Source: Candidatus Omnitrophota bacterium
Lineage (GTDB): Bacteria; Omnitrophota; Gorgyraeia; Velamenicoccales; JABMQK01
Reading direction: 5' to 3'
NCBI GenBank assembly: GCA_028711115.1
Contig: JAQTSV010000001.1
Location: 518,032-582,031 of the forward strand
Length of the DNA: 64,000 bases
Shown: positions 17,672-26,718 of the stretch, piece after piece
How positions within the stretch are numbered: position 1 is the stretch's first letter
Layout of the letters: every line of letters starts with the position of its first letter
Position numbers and translations under genes: made by a program
The notes under the pieces: model-generated
The model's input: the letters and a program-made list of their open reading frames with translations, nothing else
The model's database searches: none
What the model was told of the DNA's origin: nothing

Positions 17672-18565
17672 GTGAAGACTTATTTAGATTGTATCCCTTG
17701 TTTTTTCCGGCAGGTGCTTGAAGGCGCGCGAGTTGTTAAGGCATCGCCAAAACAGCAAAAGCAAATTATAGATGAATTTGCCAGGAAAATACCGGAAATT
17801 TCGCTTAAAGTCTATCCTTCTGAAATAGCCAGAATTGGGTACGCTCTTTTAAAAAAGATAAGCCCTAGCGGAGATCCATATAAAGATATAAAGCAAAAAA
17901 GCAACCGCATTGCTTTAAGGATGTTGGGTAAGTTAAGGAATAAGGTCAATCATTCGCAGGATAGGCTTTTGACAGCATTGGAGTTGGCTATTGCCGGCAA
18001 TATCATAGATTTTGGCGTCAAAAATAATTTAAATGTAAAGATGGAGTTAAAAAAGATAATTGCTGAAGAAAATAAAAATATCCCTAAGAAATCTATATTT
18101 CATTATTTGGAATTTAGGCGGGTGTTGAAAGAAGCAAAAAATATTCTATATTTGGCTGATAATGCCGGCGAGGTGGTATTCGATCGGATTTTGGTCGAAG
18201 AAATAAAAAAAGAATATCCCAACAAGAATATTTATTATGCTGTTAAGGCCAAGCCTGTTATAAACGATGCGTTGTTTGAAGACGCAAAAGCCTGCGGGAT
18301 TGATAATTCAGCACGGGTAATTTCTAACGGTACGGACGCGCCGGGAACAGTTCTTGCTTTATGCTCAAAAGAGTTCAAGCGAATCTACAAGAACGCTGAT
18401 ATGGTAATTAGCAAAGGACAGGGAAATTTCGAGTCTTTATCACAAGAGAAGAGGCCTATTTTCTTTTTATTTATGGTGAAATGCCCGGTGGTGGCTAAGG
18501 AAACCGGATGTAAGCTGGGGAATATAGTATTATTTTACAATTTAAAGAAAAATGGAACCGCTTGA
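17672..18565 (+). CDS. DUF89 (ARMT1-like, damage-control phosphatase family) protein
   Basis: N-terminal LDCIPCFFRQ and C-terminal ISKGQGNFE motifs are as I recall for DUF89 subfamily I. GTG start 1 nt after the previous stop. Confidence 0.6.
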   Translation: MKTYLDCIPCFFRQVLEGARVVKASPKQQKQIIDEFARKIPEISLKVYPSEIARIGYALLKKISPSGDPYKDIKQKSNRIALRMLGKLRNKVNHSQDRLLTALELAIAGNIIDFGVKNNLNVKMELKKIIAEENKNIPKKSIFHYLEFRRVLKEAKNILYLADNAGEVVFDRILVEEIKKEYPNKNIYYAVKAKPVINDALFEDAKACGIDNSARVISNGTDAPGTVLALCSKEFKRIYKNADMVISKGQGNFESLSQEKRPIFFLFMVKCPVVAKETGCKLGNIVLFYNLKKNGTA

Positions 18566-19055
18566 AATAAAGAAATATCCTGATAGCGTTTTAAGAAAAA
18601 AGTGTATTGTGGTAGAACGGATTACCGAAACCGAAGTGCAACTTTTTGAGGAGATGCTTTTCACTATGCGTCATTTCGCGGGCATAGGTTTAGCGGCTCC
18701 GCAGATCGGGATTACCAGAAATATGGTAGTTGCTGATATTGGTGAGGGGCCGATTATGCTGGCGAATCCTAAAATCTTGAACTTGAGGGGTGCCGAAAAG
18801 ATGGAAGAGGGATGTTTAAGTATTCCCGGCGTAGAAGTTGTTGTTGAGAGGGCGGATGAAATTATGATATCCGGCTTAAATGAGAAAGACGAAGCGATCA
18901 AACTGAAGGCACGGGGGCTTTTGGCAAGAGTTTTGCAACATGAGATAGACCATTTACAAGGAAAACTGATTATTGATTATGTGGGTTTGTTAGAAAAAAT
19001 GATGTTGTTTAAATTTAAGTTTAAAAAACCCAATGATAAATATGCCAATTTATAA
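18552..19055 (+). CDS. def: Peptide deformylase
   Basis: All three signature motifs are present: GIGLAAPQIG, EGCLSIPG and HEIDHLQG. 14-nt overlap with the DUF89 gene. Confidence 0.9.
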   Translation: MEPLEIKKYPDSVLRKKCIVVERITETEVQLFEEMLFTMRHFAGIGLAAPQIGITRNMVVADIGEGPIMLANPKILNLRGAEKMEEGCLSIPGVEVVVERADEIMISGLNEKDEAIKLKARGLLARVLQHEIDHLQGKLIIDYVGLLEKMMLFKFKFKKPNDKYANL

Positions 19056-19060
19056 TATAA

Positions 19061-19486
19061 ATGAAATTAGTCACTAAAAATATTCATTACGCGATTAAAT
19101 CGCTGCTTTATTTTGCTAAAGATTCTACCAGGGTGGTTTCTGTCAATGAACTGGTAAAGAAATTAAATATGCGCAGGGCTTTTTTGAGAAGAATCCTGCA
19201 GGCTTTAAGTAAATATGGGGTATTAAAGTCTTTAAAAGGATATAACGGCGGGTTTATGTTAAATAGAAAGCCGGATAAAATACGAATTATAGATATAGTA
19301 AGTATCTTTCATGATGAAACGGATATCATCGGTTGCTTATCAGAGAAAGATGTTTGCCCTCAGCCTGATAAATGCCTGTTAATGCAGAAAATGAAAGAAA
19401 TTGAGTTTCAATTTAATAGCACATTAAGATTGCTTACCGTAGCGAAATTACTTAAGAGTATTGGCAGGCAGGTTAGAAAAGATTGA
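19061..19486 (+). CDS. Rrf2-family transcriptional regulator
   Basis: N-terminal wHTH pattern (HYAIKSLLYFAK...VSVNELVKKLNM) and Cys residues in the C-terminal half (C..C..C). Confidence 0.7.
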   Translation: MKLVTKNIHYAIKSLLYFAKDSTRVVSVNELVKKLNMRRAFLRRILQALSKYGVLKSLKGYNGGFMLNRKPDKIRIIDIVSIFHDETDIIGCLSEKDVCPQPDKCLLMQKMKEIEFQFNSTLRLLTVAKLLKSIGRQVRKD

Positions 19487-19513
19487 ATTTATCAAGAAGG
19501 ATGGTTTTTTAAA

Positions 19514-20227
19514 ATGCGGATAAAAGTAATTTTTGATAAAGGCGCTTTGGATAAAAAACTCAATACCGGATGGGGTGTTTCATTCTTGGTTGATGATAAA
19601 ATTTTATTCGATACCGGAGAAAAAGGTCCATGGCTTATTAAGAATATGGATAATTTGGGGGTGGATATTGCGGGAATCGAAGCGGTGGTAATTTCTCACG
19701 ACCATTGGGACCATTGGGGAGGGCTTTGGGAAATACTAAAAGAAAAAAAAGGGCTTAAAGTGTATTCCTGCCCCGGATTTAGCAAGGAATTCAAAGATAA
19801 AGTAAAAGAAGCGCAGACTGAATTAATTGAATCCGGAAAGTTTAGGAGAATTTCGCAAAATATCTTTATCACGGGAGAAATTCCCGGAGCCTATCGGGGT
19901 AAATATATGCCTGAACAGGCTATTGTGTTAAAAACAGAAAACGGTCTTACTATAATTACGGGATGCGCTCACCCCGGGATTTTAAAAATGGTAAAGAAAG
20001 TAAAAACAAAGTTTTCCCGCGAGCGGATTTATTTTGTATTAGGCGGGTTTCATTTGATGGAATCAGATAAACGGGCGATAGAAATAGTCGCCGAAAATTT
20101 TAAGAAGATGGGCATACTAAAAGCCGGGCCTACGCATTGTTCCGGAGATGTAGCGGAGAATATTTTTAAAACATCCTATGGAGCAAATTTCGTTTTGGTA
20201 AAGGCAGGCCAAGAAATCGAGGTTTAA
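19514..20227 (+). CDS. MBL-fold metallo-hydrolase
   Basis: ISHDHWDHWGG (HxHxDH motif), with downstream GCAHPG and HCSG. Confidence 0.75.
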   Translation: MRIKVIFDKGALDKKLNTGWGVSFLVDDKILFDTGEKGPWLIKNMDNLGVDIAGIEAVVISHDHWDHWGGLWEILKEKKGLKVYSCPGFSKEFKDKVKEAQTELIESGKFRRISQNIFITGEIPGAYRGKYMPEQAIVLKTENGLTIITGCAHPGILKMVKKVKTKFSRERIYFVLGGFHLMESDKRAIEIVAENFKKMGILKAGPTHCSGDVAENIFKTSYGANFVLVKAGQEIEV

Positions 20228-20231
20228 TTAT

Positions 20232-20867
20232 ATGCCAGGGCAGATTTTAAGGGAATTAAGAGCGCATGCACCTTTTACGCTATTTGGAACTATCACCGGG
20301 GTAATTATTATGTTATTTTCTTTAAAATTGCCTTATAAGGTTTCATACGATATCTTTTATGTGCTGCATCCTTTGCATGTATTCTTAAGCGCGTTGGTTA
20401 CAGCGGCAATGTATAAACTTCATACATGCCCCAGTATCGGCATTAATTGTATTAAAGGAAAATGTAACTTGTGGGCCTTAATTATCATAGGCTATATCGG
20501 GTCTGTAGGCATAGCGACTATTAGCGATTCTCTTATCCCTTATATGGCCGAATTCCTATTGGGTATGCCTAATAGAGGAATACATCTTGGTTTCATTGAG
20601 AAATGGCGGTTGGTTAATCTTTTGGCTATTTTAGGCATAGTTATTGCTTACTTTAGGCCAAGGACAAAATTTACCCATGCCGGGCATGTATTGTTAAGCA
20701 CCTGGGCGTCTTTGTTCCATATGATTATGGCAAAGATAGAAATTCTAAATTGGTTTTCTTTCGTTACTATTTTTATATTCTTGTTCTTAGCAGTTTGGAT
20801 TCCTTGTTGTGTAAGCGATATAGTTTTCCCGTTACTATTTATAAATAAAAAAGGAGGAGAAAGGTGA
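20232..20867 (+). CDS. Multi-pass membrane protein with conserved His/Cys (function unknown, possibly metal-related)
   Basis: About 6 hydrophobic segments. Translationally coupled (GTGA) to the next gene. Confidence 0.4.
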   Translation: MPGQILRELRAHAPFTLFGTITGVIIMLFSLKLPYKVSYDIFYVLHPLHVFLSALVTAAMYKLHTCPSIGINCIKGKCNLWALIIIGYIGSVGIATISDSLIPYMAEFLLGMPNRGIHLGFIEKWRLVNLLAILGIVIAYFRPRTKFTHAGHVLLSTWASLFHMIMAKIEILNWFSFVTIFIFLFLAVWIPCCVSDIVFPLLFINKKGGER

Positions 20868-21223
20868 AGGCTAAAATCTTCGGGTATGAGTTGATTCTTG
20901 ATTTGTACGATTGCGATTTGGAAGTGATGAGTTCAAGAAAGAAGTTAAAAGAATATGTAGATAAGCTTTGCCCGCTTATAAAAATGGAAAAGTACGGCAA
21001 AACGCTTCTTGAATATTTTGGAACCAAGAAACCCCATACCAAAGGTTATTCGCTTTTGCAATTTATCGAAACAAGTTCTATCACAGCACATTTTAGCGAA
21101 CATTGGCGCATTACTTATGTAAATATTTTTTCCTGCAAATCGTTTAACCCGGAAATAGCGAAAGAATTCACCAAAGAATTTTTTAAGGCAAAACATTTTA
21201 AAGCGCGGTTTATCGTAAGATAA
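20864..21223 (+). CDS. S-adenosylmethionine decarboxylase-related (small pyruvoyl AdoMetDC family) protein
   Basis: GYELILDLYDCD and FIETSSITAHFSE align with GxHLxxxFYxCD and SESHLTIHTWPE of the SpeD/SpeH type. The self-cleavage dipeptide reads E-T-S rather than E-S. Confidence 0.45.
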   Translation: MKAKIFGYELILDLYDCDLEVMSSRKKLKEYVDKLCPLIKMEKYGKTLLEYFGTKKPHTKGYSLLQFIETSSITAHFSEHWRITYVNIFSCKSFNPEIAKEFTKEFFKAKHFKARFIVR

Positions 21224-21242
21224 ATCAAAGAAAAAAATCAGC

Positions 21243-21611
21243 ATGGTTAATTTAAGGAAATTTATATTGTATTTATTAAGATGGCAGCTTAGTACTCCTA
21301 TTTTGTGGCTTGTGGTAAAAAACTTAGGAGTAGGCGTTTGGTCTACGGTATTGGCGAATTTTATCGGTGGTGCGATCTTTTTCTGGGTAGATAGGTTTAT
21401 ATTTACCAGCTATGCAGTCGAGGTTTGGCAATTTAAAGATAAAGGAAGGTGTGATGAATGCGGGAAAGAAGAAAACCTCTGGAGGCTTGTAAAAGCCCCT
21501 AATTATGATAAAAGTAATTCCAAGCCGCACTTTTTGTGTATGCAATGTTCTAAGAAGAAAACCGACGAATTAAGGACGCAGGGAATTAAGATTAGGGGTA
21601 AGAGTTTATAG
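21243..21611 (+). CDS. Small membrane protein with a C-terminal CxxC..CxxC zinc-ribbon-like motif
   Basis: Two hydrophobic helices, then CDECG...CMQCS. No recognisable family. Confidence 0.35.
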   Translation: MVNLRKFILYLLRWQLSTPILWLVVKNLGVGVWSTVLANFIGGAIFFWVDRFIFTSYAVEVWQFKDKGRCDECGKEENLWRLVKAPNYDKSNSKPHFLCMQCSKKKTDELRTQGIKIRGKSL

Positions 21612-21644
21612 AGAAAATTGTTTGCAAAGAAAGGAAATCAGAAA

Positions 21645-21965
21645 ATGGGGATTAATATAAATGATGCTAATTTTAAACAAGAGGTATTGGAAGTGGATAT
21701 TCCTGTCTTGGTTGATTTTTGGGCTGTGTGGTGCGGGCCTTGCCTTAGACTTGCTCCGGTAATCGAACAGATTGCCAAGGAGTATAAAGGGAAATTAAAA
21801 GTCTGTAAATTAAACGTGGATGATGCTTCTAATACAGCTTCTAACTATGATATTATGAGCATACCGACGTTAGCGATTTTTAAAAAAGGCAAAATAGTGG
21901 ATAGGATCGTAGGCGCGCTTCCTAAAGCAGAGATTGAAACTACAATTAAAAAGTATATTAATTAA
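21645..21965 (+). CDS. trxA: Thioredoxin
   Basis: VDFWAVWCGPC active site and the MSIPTL motif. The ATG at 21645 is preferred. Confidence 0.9.
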   Translation: MGININDANFKQEVLEVDIPVLVDFWAVWCGPCLRLAPVIEQIAKEYKGKLKVCKLNVDDASNTASNYDIMSIPTLAIFKKGKIVDRIVGALPKAEIETTIKKYIN

Positions 21966-21982
21966 TAAAACAGGAATGTGCT

Positions 21983-22300
21983 ATGATGAATTTTAAGCAG
22001 ATTGATGAGGCAAGAAGAATTTTAGGATTAGGCGAAGAGGCAAGTATAGAAGAGATTAAAGATGCCTTTAGGAGTTTAATCCTCAAATACCATCCTGATA
22101 GATGCAAGGATGAAGATAAGAAACGCTGCGAAGAGATGTCTAAAAAGATAAACCATGCAAAGGACATTATCGCAAGTTATTGCGCAAATTACCGGTATTC
22201 TTTTAAAGAAAAAGATGTTAAGAAAAATATTATGTCGAAAGAGGAGTATGAACATCTGAAAAGGTTTTATGACGGTTGGTTCGGAGATTTGGATTTATGA
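21983..22300 (+). CDS. J-domain (DnaJ-like) protein
   Basis: LGLGEEASIEEIKDAFRSLILKYHPDR contains the HPD tripeptide. Confidence 0.7.
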   Translation: MMNFKQIDEARRILGLGEEASIEEIKDAFRSLILKYHPDRCKDEDKKRCEEMSKKINHAKDIIASYCANYRYSFKEKDVKKNIMSKEEYEHLKRFYDGWFGDLDL

Positions 22301-22920
22301 GCGATGTTTTTGATAGATATTATAAGAAATATGACGCCTGGTATGATAAGCATAAATTCGCTTTTTTGTCGGAATTGGAAGCAATAAAAAAAGTCCTACC
22401 GCGAAATAAAAAAGGGCTTGAAATCGGCGTGGGCACAGGCAGGTTTGCCGCTGAATTAGGAATTACAACAGGAATAGACCCTTCGCGCAATATGCTCGAG
22501 ATTGCCCAAAAAAGAGGCGTGAATGCCCGTTTAGGTTTTGGCGAAAACATTTCTTTTTTGAATGAGGTTTTTGATTACGTCGCGGTTATTATTACTTTAT
22601 GTTTTGTAAAAGACCCGCAAAAAGTCCTTAAAGAAGCGTTTCGGGTTTTAAAAAGAAATGGCAGAATAATAATTGGCATAGTTGATAAAGAGAGCTTCCT
22701 GGGTAAATTTTGCCAAAGGAAGAAGAGCGCGTTTTATAAGCAGGCAAAATTCTTGAGTACGAAAGAAGTGACGGATTTGCTTAAGGAAACGGGTTTCGGC
22801 TCTTTTTCTTATTATCAGACAATATCTATTTTACCCGACAAGATGGATTCGCTTGAAAAACCTAGAAAGGGCTTCGGCAAGGGCGGTTTTGTAGTTATTA
22901 GCGCTGGAAAGGATTTTTGA
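22297..22920 (+). CDS. Class I SAM-dependent methyltransferase
   Basis: GLEIGVGTGRFA motif I. ATGA overlap with the J-domain gene, so the start is at 22297 rather than 22276. Confidence 0.7.
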   Translation: MSDVFDRYYKKYDAWYDKHKFAFLSELEAIKKVLPRNKKGLEIGVGTGRFAAELGITTGIDPSRNMLEIAQKRGVNARLGFGENISFLNEVFDYVAVIITLCFVKDPQKVLKEAFRVLKRNGRIIIGIVDKESFLGKFCQRKKSAFYKQAKFLSTKEVTDLLKETGFGSFSYYQTISILPDKMDSLEKPRKGFGKGGFVVISAGKDF

Positions 22921-22921
22921 A

Positions 22922-23404
22922 ATGAGAAAAGAAATTAAAATAAAACCTATTGGAATAATCCATACGCCATACAAAGAGCCCAAAGGCATGCCTATCCAGG
23001 GTAAATTCAAAAAAGGCGTCAAGGGCACAATTCGGCTGTTTTCGAAATATCAAGCGGGGCTAAAGGACATCGGAGGATTCTCGCACCTCATTTTAATTTA
23101 CTATTTTAATCGTTCAAAAGAAGAGAGGCTTTTGGGAAGGCCGTTTCTTGAGGATAAAGAGCACGGCATATTCGCCATACGCAGCCCTCATCGGCCTAAC
23201 CATATCGGTTTTTCAATAGTAAAGCTTGAAAAAGTCCAGGGCAATACCATTGCATTCTCGGAAGTTGATATTTTAGACGGCACGCCATTATTAGATGTAA
23301 AGCCTTACGTCAAGCATTTTGATAGCCGTAACAACGTAAAGAATGGATGGATAGAAAAGTATTTCAAAAAAGGCAAGGTGCCAGGCAGAATTAAATTGGG
23401 ATAA
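22922..23404 (+). CDS. tsaA: tRNA (m6t6A37) methyltransferase TrmO/TsaA family
   Basis: IGIIHTPY...PIQG, SHLILIYYF, RSPHRPNHIGFSIVKL and GTPLLDVKPY motifs. Confidence 0.8.
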   Translation: MRKEIKIKPIGIIHTPYKEPKGMPIQGKFKKGVKGTIRLFSKYQAGLKDIGGFSHLILIYYFNRSKEERLLGRPFLEDKEHGIFAIRSPHRPNHIGFSIVKLEKVQGNTIAFSEVDILDGTPLLDVKPYVKHFDSRNNVKNGWIEKYFKKGKVPGRIKLG

Positions 23405-23469
23405 AATTGAAATATTTTATCATAGAGAGTTTTTATTCTGGGTAGAATATAAGAAAAGGAGGAAAAGCT

Positions 23470-23868
23470 ATGAAAGGATTTAGGGGGAATATCGAAAAAG
23501 ATACTTTAGAAAACAGCAAGTTTCGTAAAGTGTTATACACCGGTAAACACAGCCAATTGGTGCTGATGAGCCTTCGCCCAAAAGAAGAAATCGGTATGGA
23601 AACACACACGGAAAACGATCAATTCTTCCGCTTTGAAGAAGGCCAAGGCAAAGTAATTATTGACGGAAACGTTTATGAAGTCGGCGATGGTATAGCGATA
23701 GTTGTGCCAGCCGGAGCCAAGCATAATATTATCAATACATCAGATTCAAAAGAATTGAAATTGTATACTATCTATTCTCCGGCACATCACAAAGACGGCA
23801 TAGTTCGGGAAACCAAAAAAGAGGCCGAAGCTAACGAAGCAGAGTTTGATGGCGAAACTACAGAATAG
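23470..23868 (+). CDS. Cupin-domain protein
   Basis: Two-motif cupin pattern (HTENDQFFRFEEGQG ... VPAGAKHNIIN). Confidence 0.7.
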   Translation: MKGFRGNIEKDTLENSKFRKVLYTGKHSQLVLMSLRPKEEIGMETHTENDQFFRFEEGQGKVIIDGNVYEVGDGIAIVVPAGAKHNIINTSDSKELKLYTIYSPAHHKDGIVRETKKEAEANEAEFDGETTE

Positions 23869-24067
23869 GTAACCAGCATTGAAAGTTCGAATCCCTTAGT
23901 GGAGCCCGGTTTCATCGTGAGACAAGACTTCCCAAGTTAAATAATAGATTTAATTTCCAAAAAACTTGAGAGTTGCAAAGTTAAATTGAAGGAGGATTAA
24001 TTAAGCAGGATTAAGTTTGGTTAAGTCCGGTTAAATTTAGAGCGATAAATACGAATAGGGTTAAGCC

Positions 24068-24095
24068 CCGGGTTCAAGTCCCGTCAGGTACCCCA
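24068..24095 (+). other. Isolated tRNA 3'-end-like fragment (T-arm + acceptor 3' strand + CCA)
   Basis: CCGGG-TTCAAGT-CCCGT-CAGGTAC-C-CCA. I could not find a matching 5' acceptor strand (GTACCTG or G:U variants) in the 200 nt upstream. Confidence 0.45.
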
Positions 24096-24132
24096 GTAAT
24101 ATAAGTCTCCTTGCAGCATTGGAGAGTTTAAT

Positions 24133-24166
24133 GGCTATGATCGGAATACCGGTCGTAGCCTTTTTT
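24133..24166 (+). terminator. Rho-independent terminator
   Basis: GGCTATGATCGG-aata-CCGGTCGTAGCC (12-bp stem including two G:U pairs) followed by TTTTTT. Confidence 0.6.
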
Positions 24167-24333
24167 ATCTCGCGCCGTGTTGAAGATTTAGAAGGTCGTC
24201 TCCTTGTGTAATATTACTACCCGTACTCATAGTAGTTGCCCTCTTCAATCTATGCCGGAGAGAAATTAACCAATCAATTAGCCTTATTTGTTGTATAATA
24301 TGTTTATCAGATAAATTATAGAGGGCTATCGTT

Positions 24334-26610
24334 ATGGCAGATAAAATAAAAGATCCAATTTGTGGTATGGAAATTAAAGAAACTAAAGCCATCAAGCTTA
24401 CGCAAGACGGTCTTATTTATTATTTCTGTAGCGAAAATTGCAGACAAAAGTTTTTAAAGCAATCTTCTGCAGTAAAATCCGTAACTTTTGGAAATAAAGC
24501 TATGTATACCTGCCCTATGCACCCTGAGATTGAGCGGGATAAACCCGGCGATTGTCCGAAGTGCGGTATGCATCTTGAACAAAAGGCTGTCCCTGCCGGA
24601 GAAGAAGACAATAAAGAAGCGCGTATTCTAGCGCGTAAATTCTGGCTTGGATTGATTTTGGCTCTTCCCGTTTTATTCCTGGCGCTTAGTGAAATGATTC
24701 CGATTTTTAATCTGAAAGCGCTTGTTCCTTCCAAACTTTCGCGTTGGCTGCAGTTTATTTTCGCGACACCAGTTGTGTTGTGGGCAGGAAACATTTTCTT
24801 TGTAAAAGCCTGGAAGTCAGTTTTGAATAGGAGCCTCAATATGTTCACCTTAATCGCTATGGGCGTTGGGGCGGCATACGGTTTTAGCGCGATAGCTATA
24901 CTTTTGCCGAATATTTTCCCCGAATCATTAAAACAGCATGGTGAGATAGGATTGTATTTTGAAGCAGCTGCTGTTATTACGGTCTTGGTGCTTATGGGGC
25001 AGCTTCTTGAAGCAAAAGCGCGTCGTAGAACTGGCCAGGCGATTAAAGCATTGCTTGGTCTTGCCGCAAATGTTGCACACCGTATTCGAGATGGTAAAGA
25101 AGAAAATGTTGCTATTGATCAAATTCAAAAGGGTAATCTATTGCGTGTTCGTCCGGGAGAAAAAGTACCCCTGGATGGTATTATTACCGAAGGCAAGAGC
25201 ACGATTGATGAATCGATGATTTCAGGTGAACCAGTCCCGGTTGCCAAGAAAGAAGGAGACCGGGTCATCGGCGCGACCGTTAATCAGACAGGTGCTTTTG
25301 TGATGAGGACCGAAAAGATAGGCTCTGAAACTCTTCTTTCCCAAATTGTGAAAATGGTAGCTGATGCCCAGCGCAGCCGAGCCCCTATTCAGAAACTTGC
25401 AGATCGAGTTTCCGGATATTTTGTTCCTGCTGTGTTGGGGTGCGCAGTAATTGCTTTTATCATCTGGTCAATATTCGGGCCTGCGCCGGCTTTAGCGTAT
25501 GCCTTAATTAGCGCTATTTCGGTTTTGATCATTGCCTGTCCTTGTGCTCTGGGCCTGGCAACACCAATGTCAATTATGGTTGGCGTTGGGAAAGGCGCGC
25601 AATCAGGTATATTGATTAAAAATGCCGAGGCTGTTGAAAAGTGCGAAAAAGTAACCTATATTCTTACGGACAAAACAGGGACTTTAACAGCTGGCAAGCC
25701 GCAGGTAGCCGCCACCATTACGGCAAATGGTTGGAATGAGAAATCTTTGTTGAGCGTAGCGGCTTCAATAGAACAGAGCAGCGAACATCCATTAGCTCGC
25801 TGTGTAGTTGATTACGCAAAAGAGAAAGGCTATGAATTAGCGTCAGTCGATGACTTCCAATCTGTAACGGGTGGAGGGGTTAAAGGTAAAGTTAATGGTA
25901 AGGTGATTTTACTTGGAAAACAAAAATTTATCGAAGATCAAAAGATAGGTTTATCCGAGGAATTAAAAAAGAAGTCTGGAGAGCTTCAAGAGAAGGCTGA
26001 GACAGTTGTTTGGGTAGCTGTTGATAGACAAACAGTAGGAATATTAGGGATTTCAGATCCTATAAAGAGAACAACGCCTGATGCTATCCGCGCTTTGCAT
26101 AAAATGGGCTTGAAGGTTGTTATGCTGACAGGCGATAATGAAAAGACTGCGAAGGCCATTGCAAAAGAATTAGGCATTACTGATGTGTATGCCGGACTAG
26201 AGCCCAAAGGTAAACAGGAAATCGTAAAGAAGTTAAAGAGTGAAGGCGCAAAGGTAATGATGGCCGGAGATGGTATTAATGATGCGCCGGCATTGGCTGA
26301 AGCGGATGTCGGTGTTGCTATGGGTACAGGAACGGATGTGGCAATTGAGAGTGCAGGGATTACCTTAATTAAGGGGGATCTTAATGGAATTGTTAAGGCG
26401 CTCAGGCTTAGCCGGGGAGTTATGAGAAATATCCGTCAAAACCTGTTTTTTGCTTTTATTTACAACGCTTTAGGCGTTCCTATTGCTGCCGGCATACTTT
26501 ATCCATTTTGGGGGTTGCTTTTGAGCCCTATGATTGCCGGTGCGGCAATGAGTTTTAGTTCGGTCTCAGTAATCGGGAATTCCCTCAGACTGCGTAACAT
26601 AAAACTATAG
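24334..26610 (+). CDS. copA: Copper-translocating P1B-type ATPase
   Basis: CPC motif ([13 protein letters not shown]), DKTGTLT, TGDN and GDGINDAP. The N-terminus has a TRASH/YHS-like segment CGMEI..FCSENC and a [14 protein letters not shown] metal-binding motif. Confidence 0.9.
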   Translation: MADKIKDPICGMEIKETKAIKLTQDGLIYYFCSENCRQKFLKQSSAVKSVTFGNKAMYTCPMHPEIERDKPGDCPKCGMHLEQKAVPAGEEDNKEARILARKFWLGLILALPVLFLALSEMIPIFNLKALVPSKLSRWLQFIFATPVVLWAGNIFFVKAWKSVLNRSLNMFTLIAMGVGAAYGFSAIAILLPNIFPESLKQHGEIGLYFEAAAVITVLVLMGQLLEAKARRRTGQAIKALLGLAANVAHRIRDGKEENVAIDQIQKGNLLRVRPGEKVPLDGIITEGKSTIDESMISGEPVPVAKKEGDRVIGATVNQTGAFVMRTEKIGSETLLSQIVKMVADAQRSRAPIQKLADRVSGYFVPAVLGCAVIAFIIWSIFGPAPALAYALISAISVLIIACPCALGLATPMSIMVGVGKGAQSGILIKNAEAVEKCEKVTYILTDKTGTLTAGKPQVAATITANGWNEKSLLSVAASIEQSSEHPLARCVVDYAKEKGYELASVDDFQSVTGGGVKGKVNGKVILLGKQKFIEDQKIGLSEELKKKSGELQEKAETVVWVAVDRQTVGILGISDPIKRTTPDAIRALHKMGLKVVMLTGDNEKTAKAIAKELGITDVYAGLEPKGKQEIVKKLKSEGAKVMMAGDGINDAPALAEADVGVAMGTGTDVAIESAGITLIKGDLNGIVKALRLSRGVMRNIRQNLFFAFIYNALGVPIAAGILYPFWGLLLSPMIAGAAMSFSSVSVIGNSLRLRNIKL

Positions 26611-26689
26611 AAATAGAGATAAATTACCAATGTTCGGACAAAACGGACAAATTACACGAGGAAATGACTTCTCTGAATCCCGAATTTCC

Positions 26690-26718
26690 TTGATAGCCTC
26701 CATATTCAGTCTTATAAT
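26690..26718 (+). promoter_or_regulatory. Consensus-like sigma70 promoter upstream of the TPR gene pair
   Basis: TTGATA - 17 nt - TATAAT. The same hexamers and spacing occur at 29862-29890. Confidence 0.5.

Noticed and set aside
23869-24100. tmRNA hypothesis. The 3' end CGGGTTCAAGTCCCGTCAGGTACCCCA resembles the tmRNA/tRNA-Ala-like terminus and includes a U at the position that would form G3:U70.
   Set aside because: No complementary 5' acceptor strand is present, and the discriminator is C rather than A. There is no plausible tag ORF ending in ..LAA, and the available length (about 230 nt) is too short. The nearest GTGCCAG candidate lies inside the cupin CDS.
24165-24395. 76-aa minus-strand ORF overlapping the copA start and its upstream spacer.
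   Set aside because: It has no RBS and no recognisable domain. It overlaps the copA 5' end and the plus-strand terminator, so it is most likely a chance ORF in AT-rich spacer.
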